NCBI GenBank assembly: GCA_037445715.1 | Contig: JBBIJZ010000003.1 | Span: 19,935-83,934, forward strand | Reading direction: 5' to 3' | Origin: Verrucomicrobiales bacterium | GTDB taxonomy: Bacteria > Verrucomicrobiota > Verrucomicrobiia > Limisphaerales > J093 | DNA length: 64,000 nt | In this document: positions 37,130 to 51,121 of the stretch, one piece after another | Position numbering within the stretch: the first letter of the stretch is position 1 | Layout of the letters: each line of letters opens with the position of its first letter | Notes under the pieces: model-generated | Database searches by the model: none | Told to the model about the DNA's origin: nothing | Seen by the model: the letters and a program-made list of their open reading frames with translations, nothing else | Made by a program: the position numbers and the translations under genes

Positions 37130-38539
37130 TTGGGCGCCGTGAACCCCGTCCCGGACACCGCCCCGCCCCACCTCGAGCGCCGTTTCGGGCTTCTCCAGGC
37201 CACGGCGCTGAACATGAGCAACATGATCGGCATGGGGCCGTTTATCACCATCCCGCTGCTCATGTCGGCACTGGGCGGCCCGCAGGCGTTGCTGGGCTGG
37301 TTGGTGGCACTGCTGATCACCATCCCCGACGGGCTGGTGTGGAGCGAACTGGGCGCGGCACTGCCCGGCGCGGGCGGCAGTTACGTGTATTTGCGCGAGG
37401 GGTACGGGCGCGAGCGCTGGGGCCGTCTGATGGGGTTTTTGTTCATCTGGCAGTTCATCCTGAGCGGACCGCTGGAGATCGCTTCCGGCTACATCGGTAC
37501 CGCCAACTACCTGACCTATGTGTGGCCGGGCATGACGGCGGCACACGAGCGACTGATTTGCGTGCTCCTGGGGGTGCTGACCATCGCGCTGCTGTACCGG
37601 CGCATCGGTTCGATCGGCTGGATCACGGTCACGCTGTGGGTCGGCACGCTGCTGACCGTGGGGACAGTGATTGGGAGCGGCGCGGCGCACTTCGATGCGG
37701 CCCGGGCGTTTGACCTGCCGGAGGGCGCGTTCCGATTTTCGCTGGGGTTTTTGCACGGCCTGGGCGCGGCGGCGGCCATCGGCATCTACGACTATCTGGG
37801 CTACTACGACGTGTGCTACATCGGCGCGGAGGTGCGTGCGCCCGGGCGCACCATTCCCCGCTCGATCCTCATCAGCCTGGTGGGGGTGGCCCTGATTTAT
37901 CTGCTGATCAACCTCGCCATCCTCGGGGTGATTTCGTGGCGGGAATTTGTGCCGGCGGAAGATCATCCGGCGGCCCGGTTCATCGTGTCGGTCTTCATGG
38001 AACGGCTTTATGGCAGCACGGTCGCCAAGCTCTTCACGGCGCTGATTTGCTGGACGGCGTTTGGCTCGGTGTTTGCCCTGTTGCTCGGGTACTCGCGCAT
38101 CCCTTACGCGGCGGCGCTGGACGGCGGCTTTTTCCGCGCCTTTGCCCGGCTGCATCCCACGCGGCATTTCCCGCACGTCTCGCTCCTGACGGTGGGTGCG
38201 CTGGCCATCGGATGCAGCTTTTTCCCGCTGGACGTGGTGATCGCCGCGCTGCTGACCACGCGGATCGTCGTGCAGTTCCTCGGCCAGATCGGGGCGCTGG
38301 TGCTGTTGCGCCGGCACCGGCCCGACCTGGCCCGGCCGTTCCGGATGTGGCTCTATCCCCTGCCCTGTTTCGTGGCCCTGGCGGGCTGGCTGTTTGTGCT
38401 GGCCACGACCGACCCCCGGGTGCTGCTTTACGGGGCGGGGTCGCTGACCCTGGGGGTGCTGGCGTTTCTGGTCTGGGCGCGGCACAACCGCCGCTGGCCG
38501 TTCGCGCCCGCCGCCCCGGCCGGACCGTCCGGGACGTGA
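37130..38539 (+). CDS. APC superfamily amino acid permease
   Basis: 469 aa. ALNMSNMIGMGPFITIPLL...PGAGGSYVYLREGYG, with about 12 TM segments. The start is uncertain (TTG 37130 or GTG 37139). Confidence 0.85.
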   Translation: MGAVNPVPDTAPPHLERRFGLLQATALNMSNMIGMGPFITIPLLMSALGGPQALLGWLVALLITIPDGLVWSELGAALPGAGGSYVYLREGYGRERWGRLMGFLFIWQFILSGPLEIASGYIGTANYLTYVWPGMTAAHERLICVLLGVLTIALLYRRIGSIGWITVTLWVGTLLTVGTVIGSGAAHFDAARAFDLPEGAFRFSLGFLHGLGAAAAIGIYDYLGYYDVCYIGAEVRAPGRTIPRSILISLVGVALIYLLINLAILGVISWREFVPAEDHPAARFIVSVFMERLYGSTVAKLFTALICWTAFGSVFALLLGYSRIPYAAALDGGFFRAFARLHPTRHFPHVSLLTVGALAIGCSFFPLDVVIAALLTTRIVVQFLGQIGALVLLRRHRPDLARPFRMWLYPLPCFVALAGWLFVLATTDPRVLLYGAGSLTLGVLAFLVWARHNRRWPFAPAAPAGPSGT

Positions 38540-38652
38540 ACGCAGCGTTGCGCGCCCGGCCGTGCCGCCGTAATGCTTGCGCCGGTGCCCGGGGAGCGCG
38601 GCCCGCGGGGTCCGGTGGCCCCGCCCGCGCGGCCGGTGCGCCGTGGCAAATC

Positions 38653-39546
38653 ATGTTTCCCATTGTCGAAGCCCGCTGGCTGGCGCCGGACGTAAAGTGG
38701 TTCCGGATCCGGGCCCCGCTCATCGCCCGCAAACAACAGCCCGGCCAGTTCGTGATCGTGCGCGTGCACGAGCGCGGCGAACGCATTCCGTTGACCATCG
38801 CCGGCGCGGACACCGAGACCATCACCCTCATCGTGCAGGGCGTGGGCAAGACCACCAAACTGCTCAACACCCTCGAGGCCGGTCAGGCCGTGCGGGACGT
38901 GGTGGGTCCGCTGGGCCGGCCCTCGGAAATCCGCCGCTACGGCACGGTCGTGGTCATCGGCGGGGGCGTGGGCACGGCCATCGCCTATCCCACCGCCCGG
39001 GCGTTGAAACAGGCCGGCAACCGGGTGCTGGCCATCCTCGGCGGCCGCACCCGCGCGCTGGTGATCCTCGAGCCGGAGATGCGCGCCTTTTGCGACGCCG
39101 TGTACGTGACCACCGACGACGGTTCCTACGGCGAGAAGGGACTGGTGACCGACCGCCTCCGGGCCCTGGTCACCGGCCCGGAGCGGCCGGATTTTGTGCT
39201 GGCCATCGGTCCCATTCCCATGATGCGCGCCGTGGCCGAGGTCACCCGCCCGCACGGCATCCAGACGATGGTCAGCCTCAACCCGATCATGGTGGACGGC
39301 ACCGGCATGTGCGGCGGCTGCCGCGTGGTGGTGGGGGGCAAAACGTTTTTCGCCTGTGTGGACGGGCCGGAGTTCGACGCCCACCAGGTGGATTTCCAAA
39401 TCCTGGCCGCCCGCAACGCCATGTACCGCGAGGCCGAACAGCGCGCCCTGGCGGAGTTCCAGGCGCAGCACCCCCACCCGCCCGACCAGTGCCGGCTCAC
39501 CCGGGCGCACCCGGAACTCCTGCTTCCACCGGTCCCCGCGTCATGA
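38653..39546 (+). CDS. PyrK-like FAD/NAD(P)-binding oxidoreductase subunit with 2Fe-2S site (NfnA/SudB-like)
   Basis: Trimmed from track ORF 37813..39546 to ATG 38653 (MFPIVEARWLAPDVKWFRI). Motifs: GQFVIVRV, GGGVGTAIAYP, and the Cys cluster GMCGGCRVVVGGKTFFACVDGPEF. Confidence 0.8.
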   Translation: MFPIVEARWLAPDVKWFRIRAPLIARKQQPGQFVIVRVHERGERIPLTIAGADTETITLIVQGVGKTTKLLNTLEAGQAVRDVVGPLGRPSEIRRYGTVVVIGGGVGTAIAYPTARALKQAGNRVLAILGGRTRALVILEPEMRAFCDAVYVTTDDGSYGEKGLVTDRLRALVTGPERPDFVLAIGPIPMMRAVAEVTRPHGIQTMVSLNPIMVDGTGMCGGCRVVVGGKTFFACVDGPEFDAHQVDFQILAARNAMYREAEQRALAEFQAQHPHPPDQCRLTRAHPELLLPPVPAS

Positions 39547-40979
39547 ACTCGAGCAACCCGCTGCCCCCGAAGGAACGGATGCGCATCCCGCGCCAGCGGA
39601 TGCCCGAGCAACCGCCCGCCGACCGCCGCGCCAACTTCGCCGAGGTCAACCTCGGGCTGGATGCCGCGCTGGCCCGTCAGGAGGCCCTGCGCTGCCTGCA
39701 CTGCCAAAGCCACCACTGCTTCACCGGCTGCCCGGTGGGCGTGAAGATCAAGGACTTTGTCGAGCTGATCCTGCGCGGGGATTACCTGGCCGCCGCGGCC
39801 AAGATTCGCGAGGACAACGTGCTTCCGGCCATCACCGGCCGCGTCTGCCCCCAAGAGGACCAGTGCGAAGGCCAGTGCATCCTGGGCAAGCACGGCCAAC
39901 CGCTGGCCATCGGCTACCTGGAACGGTTCGTGGCCGACTACGAACGCCGCGTGGGTCAGGTGGGACTGCCCCCAAACGCCCCGCCCACCGGCCGGCGCGT
40001 GGCCGTCATCGGCTCCGGCCCGGCCGGCCTGAGTGCGGCGGGCGATCTCGTGCAGCGCGGGCACCAGGTCACCGTGTTCGAGGCGTTGCACGAACTGGGC
40101 GGGGTGTTGATCTACGGCATCCCGGAGTTCCGTCTGCCCAAGCACATCGTGCACGAGGAGATCGAGAATCTCCGCCGCATGGGCGTCGAGTTCCGCACCA
40201 ACGTGGTGGTGGGCCGCACCGTCACGGTGGATGAGCTGCTGGGCCGCGAGGGCTACCACGCCGTGTTCATCGCCACCGGCGCCGGCCTGCCGGTCTTCCT
40301 GAACATCCCCGGCGAACACCTCTGCGGCGTGTACTCGGCCAACGAATTCCTCACCCGGGTGAATCTGATGAAGGCCAACGAGTTTCCCGCCTGGGACGAA
40401 CCGATCTACGACTGCCGCGGCCGGGCCGTGGCCGTCATCGGCGGCGGCAACACCGCCATGGACGCGGTCCGCACCGCCCTGCGCCTGGGCGCCGCCACGG
40501 CCACGATCGTGTACCGCCGCTCGGAGGTCGAAATGCCCGCCCGCGCCGAAGAGATCAAACACGCCCGCGAGGAAGGCGTGCAATTCCTCACCCTGGCCAA
40601 CCCGGTCGAATTCCTGGGCGACGCCCGCGGCTGGCTCACCGGGATTCGCTGCCAACGCATGGCCCTGGGGGAGCCGGACGCCTCCGGCCGCCGCCGCCCG
40701 CACCCCGTGCCCGGCTCCGAATTCGAGATTCCCGCGCAGGTCGCCATCGTGGCCGTGGGCAACCGCGGCAACCCGCTGGTCCAGTCCACCACGCCCGACC
40801 TCAAAACCAACCCGCTCGGCTACATCGAGGCCGACCCCCAGACCCTCAAGACCTCCAAGCGCGGGGTCTTCGCCGGGGGCGACATCGTGACCGGCGGCGC
40901 CACGGTGATCCTGGCCATGGGCGCCGGCCGCCGCGCCGCCCGGGCCATTGACCAGTACCTGCGCACCGGCGCGTGGTGA
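39543..40979 (+). CDS. NADPH-dependent glutamate synthase beta-chain-like oxidoreductase (NfnB/SudA/GltD-like)
   Basis: Trimmed from track ORF 38577..40979 to ATG 39543, which overlaps the upstream stop. Fe-S Cys motifs [16 protein letters not shown] and [11 protein letters not shown]. Nucleotide-binding motifs [17 protein letters not shown] and [10 protein letters not shown]. Confidence 0.85.
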   Translation: MNSSNPLPPKERMRIPRQRMPEQPPADRRANFAEVNLGLDAALARQEALRCLHCQSHHCFTGCPVGVKIKDFVELILRGDYLAAAAKIREDNVLPAITGRVCPQEDQCEGQCILGKHGQPLAIGYLERFVADYERRVGQVGLPPNAPPTGRRVAVIGSGPAGLSAAGDLVQRGHQVTVFEALHELGGVLIYGIPEFRLPKHIVHEEIENLRRMGVEFRTNVVVGRTVTVDELLGREGYHAVFIATGAGLPVFLNIPGEHLCGVYSANEFLTRVNLMKANEFPAWDEPIYDCRGRAVAVIGGGNTAMDAVRTALRLGAATATIVYRRSEVEMPARAEEIKHAREEGVQFLTLANPVEFLGDARGWLTGIRCQRMALGEPDASGRRRPHPVPGSEFEIPAQVAIVAVGNRGNPLVQSTTPDLKTNPLGYIEADPQTLKTSKRGVFAGGDIVTGGATVILAMGAGRRAARAIDQYLRTGAW

Positions 40980-41119
40980 GCCGGGGCCGCGCCCCGGACC
41001 GACGTTGCCCCGGGCGGACCCCACGCGGCGGCACCTTCCCCTTGCGACCCCGGAGCGCGCCCAGACCACGCTTGCGAGCGCGGGGATTTGTGTCGAGTCT
41101 GACGGCCGCTTTTTGCGCC

Positions 41120-41758
41120 ATGAACATCGCCGACATGCGCCGGGACTACACGCGCGAGCCGCTCCACCGCCGCGACCTGAAGCCGGACCCGTTCGACCAG
41201 TTCGGCCTGTGGTTCGAGCAGGCCTGCGCCAGCGGCCTCATCGAGCCCAACGCCATGAGCCTGGCCACGGTGGGCGCGGACGGCCGCCCCACCCTGCGCA
41301 CCGTGCTGCTCAAGAAATGGGACCGCGACGGCTTCGTGTTCTTCACCAACCTCGAAAGCCGCAAGGCGCGGCAGATCGCCGAAAACCCGCACGTGGCGCT
41401 GTTGTTTCCCTGGCTGGCGCTCGAGCGGCAGGTGGCCATCAACGGCACGGCCGAACGCCTTTCGACCGCCGAGGTCCTGGCGTACTTCGCCACCCGGCCC
41501 TTCACCAGCCAACTGGCCGCCTGGGCCTCGCCCCAGAGCCGCGTCATTTCCGCCCGCGCGTTGCTCGAGGCCAAGTGGGCGGAGATGAAACGCAAGTTCC
41601 GCGAAGGCCAGGTGCCCCTGCCCTCCTTCTGGGGCGGCTACCGCGTGCACCCGCGCGACTTCGAGTTCTGGCAGGGCCGGCCCAGCCGCCTCCACGACCG
41701 CTTCCTGTACACGCCCCGGCCCGACGGCACCTGGCAGATTGACCGGCTGGCCCCGTGA
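41120..41758 (+). CDS. pdxH: pyridoxamine 5'-phosphate oxidase
   Basis: Trimmed to ATG 41120 ([11 protein letters not shown]). Motifs: [56 protein letters not shown]. Confidence 0.95.
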   Translation: MNIADMRRDYTREPLHRRDLKPDPFDQFGLWFEQACASGLIEPNAMSLATVGADGRPTLRTVLLKKWDRDGFVFFTNLESRKARQIAENPHVALLFPWLALERQVAINGTAERLSTAEVLAYFATRPFTSQLAAWASPQSRVISARALLEAKWAEMKRKFREGQVPLPSFWGGYRVHPRDFEFWQGRPSRLHDRFLYTPRPDGTWQIDRLAP

Positions 41759-41811
41759 GAAACGCCCGCGGCCCGCGGGACGCTTGCCGACCCGCCCGCG
41801 GCGGCCCCGGG

Positions 41812-45765
<3,954 letters not shown>

Positions 45766-45838
45766 GGTCGGGCGCCAGCCGGCACGGAGCGGGCGCGCCT
45801 GGAATCTGTCAGGAAAACGCGGCGCTGGCAATTTGGAA

Positions 45839-45862
45839 ATCAACGAATCTGGATTCGTTGAT
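45839..45862. promoter_or_regulatory. Perfect 11-2-11 palindrome, candidate operator in the metH/DUF772-like divergent intergenic region
   Basis: atcaacgaatc tg gattcgttgat. Both 11-nt arms are perfectly complementary. The sequence is AT-rich against the GC-rich background. Confidence 0.4.
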
Positions 45863-45939
45863 ATCAGAGTAGCGGCGCCCCGGAATTGTCACCGGCGTGT
45901 CATCGGTTTGTCACAGGACGGGGGCACGTTGCGGACGTG

Positions 45940-46500
45940 ATGAAGACTTGGTCCGACACACGGATGACGGTCCCGACAGAAGCAGCCAGTCGCACCAGCT
46001 CCGCCGCGTTGCGTTTCCCGGCCGATCTGCGGGAGTGGTTGGGTGCCGCGTGGCTGCTGACGCGGGTGCTGGAAGCCGTGAGCCACCTGGAGCCAGGGGC
46101 GCGCGGGCACGGGTTCCATCATGCGGGCGAAGTGTTCAACTTCAACCAGACGCTGGCCACGCTGGCCTATGCCTATCTGTGCGGTCTGGAAAGCTCCGAG
46201 CAGGTCGAGGAGGCGCTCGAAACCGATCCGGGCTTGCGCTACCTGGGGCGCGGTGTGCCGCTGAGTGCCGCGGCCATACGCCGGTTCCGCCGCCTGCACC
46301 GCGACGCGTTGACGGGGGTGCTGGCGCAGGTGCTCCGGCGGGCACTGGCCGAACGCCCGGGTCGCGTGGAGGGCCTGAACATCTCTGCCCCCGCCGCCGG
46401 TCACGCAGTGACACCCGCACTCCCGGAACTTTGTGCCGCCGAAGCCGGGGCGCGACTGAACCGGGCGGTTTTTGCGGACACGATGGCGCTGGACGTTTGA
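45940..46500 (+). CDS. Stand-alone transposase N-terminal (DUF772/IS5-IS1182 type) domain protein with no DDE domain
   Basis: TLATLAYAYLCGLESSEQVEEALETDPGLRYLGRGVPLSAAAIRRFRRLHRDALTGVLAQVL follows the LLYAY..G..S.R.IE......FR.L......P..S.I..FR pattern of DUF772. The ORF ends after about 187 aa. The start is uncertain (45886, 45940 or 45964). Confidence 0.5.
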   Translation: MKTWSDTRMTVPTEAASRTSSAALRFPADLREWLGAAWLLTRVLEAVSHLEPGARGHGFHHAGEVFNFNQTLATLAYAYLCGLESSEQVEEALETDPGLRYLGRGVPLSAAAIRRFRRLHRDALTGVLAQVLRRALAERPGRVEGLNISAPAAGHAVTPALPELCAAEAGARLNRAVFADTMALDV

Positions 46501-46656
46501 GGCGGCATCCCGGGGGCATTGCACAACTTCCCGCGCTGGTGGACGCCGCCGGCGGTGTCGCCACCAGGATGACCCTGGTGGTGAAACGCGGCTGCTCCCT
46601 GCGTCGGCCGTTTCTGCCATTGAGCCGGGAACCGGATTTGGGGCACAGTGGGGCCG

Positions 46657-47679
46657 ATGAATGCTGGAACGGACAAAACCGCCGCCCGGCCCCGGGCCAA
46701 GGACAGCCCAGTGGGTCGCTGGCTCTCGTATCGCCCGGAGATCAAGGTGCTCGATTGCACCATCCGGGACGGCGGTCTGATGAACAACCACCAGTTCCCG
46801 GACGAGATCGTCAAGGCCGTGTACGAGACCTGCGTGGCGGCGGGCATTGACTACATGGAGATCGGCTACAAGGCCTCCCGCAAGGGCCTCAAGGTGGGCG
46901 ATTACGGAGCCTGGAAGTACTGCCGGGAGGAAGACATCCGCCGCATCGTGGGCGACAACCCCACCCCGCTGAAGCTCTCGGTCATGGCCGATGCCGAGAA
47001 GTGCGACTACAAGGAAGACATCCCGCCCAAGAAGGACAGCGTGGTGGACATGGTGCGTGTGGCCACGTACATCAACCAAATCCCCACCGCGCTGGACATG
47101 GTCAAGGACGCCCATGACAAGGGCTACGAGACCACCCTCAACCTCATGGCCGTCTCGACCGTCCCGGACCGCGAGCTGGCCGAGGGCCTCGAGCTGATGG
47201 CACAATCCGAGGCGCGGGCAATCTACGTGGTGGACAGCTTCGGCTCCCTGTACAGCGAGCAGGTCAATTACCTCGTCCGCAAATACCTCAGCCATTGCAA
47301 ACCGGCCGGCAAGGAGGTGGGCGTGCACATGCACAACAATCTCCAACTGGCCTTCGCCAACACCATCGAGGGCATCATCCAGGGGGCGAACTTCCTCGAT
47401 GCCACGCTGGCGGGCCTGGGCCGCGGGGCCGGCAATTGCCCGATGGAGCTGCTGCTGGCCTTCCTGCACAACCCCAAGTACGACCTGCGGCCCGTGCTGG
47501 GCTGCGTGCAAAATCACATCGAACCGTTGCGGGCCCGGCTGCTCTGGGGCTTCGACCTGCCCTACCTGCTGACCGGCTATCTCAACCAGCATCCGCGCGC
47601 GGCCATCAAGTTCAAGGAGGCCGAACTCTCCGGCGAGAAGGGCGACATCCTGCACTTCTACGACACGGTCACGGAGTAG
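46657..47679 (+). CDS. HMGL-like aldolase / pyruvate carboxyltransferase family protein
   Basis: Motifs: KVLDCTIRDGG, DYMEIGY, VVDSFGSLY, VGVHMHNNLQLAFANT, LAGLGRGAGNCPMELL. The track start is GTG 46648; the first ATG is 46657. Confidence 0.8.
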   Translation: MNAGTDKTAARPRAKDSPVGRWLSYRPEIKVLDCTIRDGGLMNNHQFPDEIVKAVYETCVAAGIDYMEIGYKASRKGLKVGDYGAWKYCREEDIRRIVGDNPTPLKLSVMADAEKCDYKEDIPPKKDSVVDMVRVATYINQIPTALDMVKDAHDKGYETTLNLMAVSTVPDRELAEGLELMAQSEARAIYVVDSFGSLYSEQVNYLVRKYLSHCKPAGKEVGVHMHNNLQLAFANTIEGIIQGANFLDATLAGLGRGAGNCPMELLLAFLHNPKYDLRPVLGCVQNHIEPLRARLLWGFDLPYLLTGYLNQHPRAAIKFKEAELSGEKGDILHFYDTVTE

Positions 47680-47810
47680 GCGGCCGGCCGCGCGGGCCGG
47701 CGCCGCATTCCCGCCGACGCGAAATCGCCCGGCCATTTGCGCCGGCCCGGCCCTGCCCGGCACCCGTGCTGGAGATTGCGGCCCGGTTCAGGGCCTGCGG
47801 TGAAGACACA

Positions 47811-47845
47811 AACGCCCGGGACGGCGTGCTGCCGCCCCGGGCGTT
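47811..47845. terminator. Candidate bidirectional intrinsic terminator between convergent genes
   Basis: aacgcccggg(47811-47820) ... cccgggcgtt(47836-47845) gives a perfect 10-bp stem. On the plus strand gcggatttt follows it. On the minus strand tgtgtcttc follows it. Confidence 0.5.
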
Positions 47846-47884
47846 GCGGATTTTAACCCGGCGACTCCGACAGCCGGGACCGGC

Positions 47885-50800
47885 TCACTTCTTCAGCCGG
47901 AAGAACTGGTTGCCCGCGCCGATGGCCACGGTGGTGGGGTTCTGCGTGCCCACGGTCGTCCACGGGCCGGTGATGGCCGGCGCGGATTCGAGCGTCCAGC
48001 CGGAGCCGGCCGGGGCCCAGCCGATGGTCACGTTGTTGCCCGTGCGGCTGATGCTCAGGGCCGGCGCTTCGCCGCCGCCCACCGGGGTGGTGGGGTCCTC
48101 GGCCGGCGCCGGGTGGCTGAACACGGTGTAGAAGTTGACCTCGTTGGGCGAGTTCGGGCCCTCCTCGGGCCGGTTCTCGTAGTTGATCTCACCCTTGGCC
48201 GCCACGCAGATCTGCTTGGTGGTCATGGCCACGGTCATCTGGTATGTGCGGATGCCCGTCTTGGCATTGTTGATGAAGGGGAAGAAGCTCCGCGTCAGCG
48301 GGGTGAACTTGGTGCCGTCGAAGGCCAGCACGCGCGCGGCGACCTGCTGTTTCTCGTACCCCGCCGGCTGCGACACCCAGGCGATGGTCAGACGGTTGAG
48401 GGCGTCCACCGCGCCGTTCACGCGGTCGAAGTTACCGGTGAAGGCGCCTTCGTTGACGTCTGCCGCGGCCACGAACTGCCGGGTGCGCGCGTCGAAGGCC
48501 GCCACCTTGACAATCTGGGTGTTGAGCGGCCGGCCGGCGATGTACACGTAGGGGCTGTTGATGTGGCCCAGCAAGCGGGTGCCGTCGCCGCGACCGGTGT
48601 CAAAGGCAATGCCGGAGGCGGCCTGGTCCACGGTGCCGAGGCGGTTGCCCTCGTTGTCGAAGAAGTGGATCAGGCGCACGCCGCTGGTGCCGTCTTCGGG
48701 ACGGGCGCGCACGGCGAAGCCGCCCTTGAACGGCGCCACGTTGGACCAGATGTCGCCCTTGGCCACGATGAAGGTCTCCTTCACCACGCTGCCATCCGGG
48801 GCGAAGATCGTGGCCGCCACGCAGTCGCCCTCCGGATTCCGGGTCAGCGACTTGTCCTCGACCACCGACACGAAGTTGCCGTTGTCCAGAGCGACGATTT
48901 CGCCGCCGAATCGGGTGATCTGGTTGCCCGGGGCCACGCCGGAGGTGAGCCGGCCGTTGGCCGAATCCAGCGCCTTGCTCAGCGGCGTGGGCGTCAGGGT
49001 GGCCGTGTCGAGGCGATAGATTTGGATGGTGCCGTAACGGCCGTCAGGCAGGCGGTCAAAGCCGAGGTTCCAGCGGTTGTCGGACTGGAACTCGGGGATG
49101 CCGTGCGGGGAGGCTTCGGCGCCGACCATGTAGTTCACGGCCCCGGGGCGCATGTCACCCGCCACGCGACCGGGGTTGCCGTTCTGGCGGGAGAGGTTGA
49201 TCTGGCCTTTGAACGGCTGGCCGGCGTCGGTGTAGAAGCCTTCCGCCAGTTTCATGAGGCCGCCGGTGACCGGCTGCAACGCCACGACAAACCGCTGGTT
49301 CGAGAAGGTCCCGTCGTCGGCGAAGGTGTTGCCCTCGATCAGGAACGTACTGGTCCCCAGCGTGCTGGCGTAGGGCTCCCAGTTGCCCAGGGCGTTCTGG
49401 TCATGCTTCACGATGGGCGTGTCCGGGACGATGCGCGTGAGGCCCTCGGCCTCGATGCTGCCCGGGGTGAAGGTCGAGAAGATGCGCAGCGCAACCACCC
49501 GCAGCGGCTCGCCCGAGAAGGGGTCGAGCGTCTCCAGATCGTTGCGGCTTTCCCACACCACGGCCACCTGGCCGTTGCGCCAGGCCACCCGCGGGTTGTT
49601 GGCCTGCAAGGGGAGCAGGTCCGGCGACTCCTTTTCGCTGATGTAGAAGGTGCCGCCCACCGGGTTGCCCGCGGAATCGAAGCGGCGTCCCATGACCGAG
49701 TCATAGACGTTGTCCGGCGAATACTTGCCGCTGAAGATCACAATGACGTTGCCGTCCGGATCAATGGCCGCGTCCGCCCGGCCGACGGAGGTCATGTCCG
49801 GCAGGTCATCGGCCACGTTCTTGGACCAGCGGACGGTGCCGTCAGCGTTGAGCACGGTCACCCAGGCCCCGGGCCCGTACGAGCTGACCGCCACGTAGGC
49901 GTCCTTGCCATTGCCGTGGAACCCGGCGCCGTCCCCGCGGCCACCGCCGCCCGCCTCGGGATGACCGGTGATGTCGGCCAGCACCAGGTCGCCCGTGGTG
50001 GGGTTGCCGGCGTTGTCAAACATGCGGACCACCACCGGGCCGTCGTGGGCCTTGTAACGGATGGCGAAGCCGTTGCTGACCACGCCCGAGCCGTGCCACA
50101 TCTCGGCGTTGCCGACGAAGTTGGGCGACTCGCTGACCAGCGTCTCCTGCTTCACCACGTTGCCCTGCGGGTCCAGGATGCGGAAGATCACGTGGCGGAA
50201 GGCGGAGTCGCCGCCAAAGACGTCAATCAGATCCTGGCTTTGCCGGCTCTCGCCCACGATGAGGATGTTGCCGTTGGACAGGTAGTCCCAGTCGCCAATC
50301 CGGATGTCCCCGGAGCGGCTGGCGTAATCCACGCTCACCCCGGTCAGGATTTTGACCGGCTGCCCGGCGTTGCCGAGCAACTGCACGGTTGGGTAGTCGC
50401 CCGTGTTGTTGCCGTCGTAGGCGGCCAGTTCCGAAACTTCGAGGTCCAACTGCCATGACGTGGCGCCCATGCCCACGCCGTCCCCGAACAGGTTGGCCTT
50501 GATCTTCGGCCCCCAGGAATGCCCGCCCCCCACCGCGCTGCCGTTGCTGCGGAAGTAGGACAGGAAGCGCGTGGTGATGGTCCCGGCGCTGTCGGGGGCC
50601 AGGGAGGTGGTCTCGGTTGGCGGCGTCACCAGCGCACCGGCCGAATCATAGATGGTCCACACGGCGCCGAGATTGGCCACGCCGTCGCCATCGTCTTCCC
50701 AGCCGATGATGACATTGCCGTTGTTGGCGATGGCCACGCCGAGGCTTTCGGTGTTGCCGTTGTTGATCTCGTCAATCTCGAGGGTTTTGCGGTTGATGTA

Positions 50801-50917
50801 GATGGTGTCGGTCTTGGGAGTCAGCCCGTTGTCTTGCGGGGCGCCAGGGATGGCCTGGCCCCACGCCACGGCGCAGCCCAGGGCTGCCAGGGGGTACAGG
50901 ATGTTTTGAGTCTTCAT
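47885..50917 (-). CDS. Large secreted repeat protein (propeller-like blades) with C-terminal FFRLKK-type domain; function unknown
   Basis: 1010 aa. Signal peptide MKTQNILYPLAALGCAVAWGQA. Recurring blade-like units: NGNVIIGWEDDG, NGNILIVGESR, DGNVIVIFSGKY, NGQVAVVWESRND, NGNFVSVVEDKS. The C-terminus reads LSISRTGNNVTIGWAPAGSGWTLESAPAITGPWTTVG...GNQFFRLKK. Confidence 0.75.
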   Translation of the reverse strand: MKTQNILYPLAALGCAVAWGQAIPGAPQDNGLTPKTDTIYINRKTLEIDEINNGNTESLGVAIANNGNVIIGWEDDGDGVANLGAVWTIYDSAGALVTPPTETTSLAPDSAGTITTRFLSYFRSNGSAVGGGHSWGPKIKANLFGDGVGMGATSWQLDLEVSELAAYDGNNTGDYPTVQLLGNAGQPVKILTGVSVDYASRSGDIRIGDWDYLSNGNILIVGESRQSQDLIDVFGGDSAFRHVIFRILDPQGNVVKQETLVSESPNFVGNAEMWHGSGVVSNGFAIRYKAHDGPVVVRMFDNAGNPTTGDLVLADITGHPEAGGGGRGDGAGFHGNGKDAYVAVSSYGPGAWVTVLNADGTVRWSKNVADDLPDMTSVGRADAAIDPDGNVIVIFSGKYSPDNVYDSVMGRRFDSAGNPVGGTFYISEKESPDLLPLQANNPRVAWRNGQVAVVWESRNDLETLDPFSGEPLRVVALRIFSTFTPGSIEAEGLTRIVPDTPIVKHDQNALGNWEPYASTLGTSTFLIEGNTFADDGTFSNQRFVVALQPVTGGLMKLAEGFYTDAGQPFKGQINLSRQNGNPGRVAGDMRPGAVNYMVGAEASPHGIPEFQSDNRWNLGFDRLPDGRYGTIQIYRLDTATLTPTPLSKALDSANGRLTSGVAPGNQITRFGGEIVALDNGNFVSVVEDKSLTRNPEGDCVAATIFAPDGSVVKETFIVAKGDIWSNVAPFKGGFAVRARPEDGTSGVRLIHFFDNEGNRLGTVDQAASGIAFDTGRGDGTRLLGHINSPYVYIAGRPLNTQIVKVAAFDARTRQFVAAADVNEGAFTGNFDRVNGAVDALNRLTIAWVSQPAGYEKQQVAARVLAFDGTKFTPLTRSFFPFINNAKTGIRTYQMTVAMTTKQICVAAKGEINYENRPEEGPNSPNEVNFYTVFSHPAPAEDPTTPVGGGEAPALSISRTGNNVTIGWAPAGSGWTLESAPAITGPWTTVGTQNPTTVAIGAGNQFFRLKK

Positions 50918-51121
50918 GGTTTCCGAGCCTTACAGGGTTGCTTGCGGTTTTACCGTCATGGTGACCGTTTCAACCTATTCCGCCTTTCCATCTGATGTGC
51001 AAGGAGATTTTTAGAGTTCAGGCTCCGCCGCGTTTGCCCGCCGCCATCAAAAAAATGTTGGGTCCGCGTGGCAAGGGATCGGCAGGAGAGCCCCTCTCGC
51101 GGATGAACCGGGCGAGTTGGC

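Noticed and set aside
35132-38485. 1117-aa minus-strand ORF spanning two transporter genes and the repeat block
   Set aside because: It runs antisense to the FucP-type and APC permease genes and straight through non-coding repeats. Its composition is dominated by Arg, Gln, Pro and His. No motifs.
45886-46647. Complete insertion sequence next to metH
   Set aside because: Only the N-terminal transposase-associated domain is present. There is no DDE domain in any frame and no terminal inverted repeats or target duplications visible. GC content matches the host.
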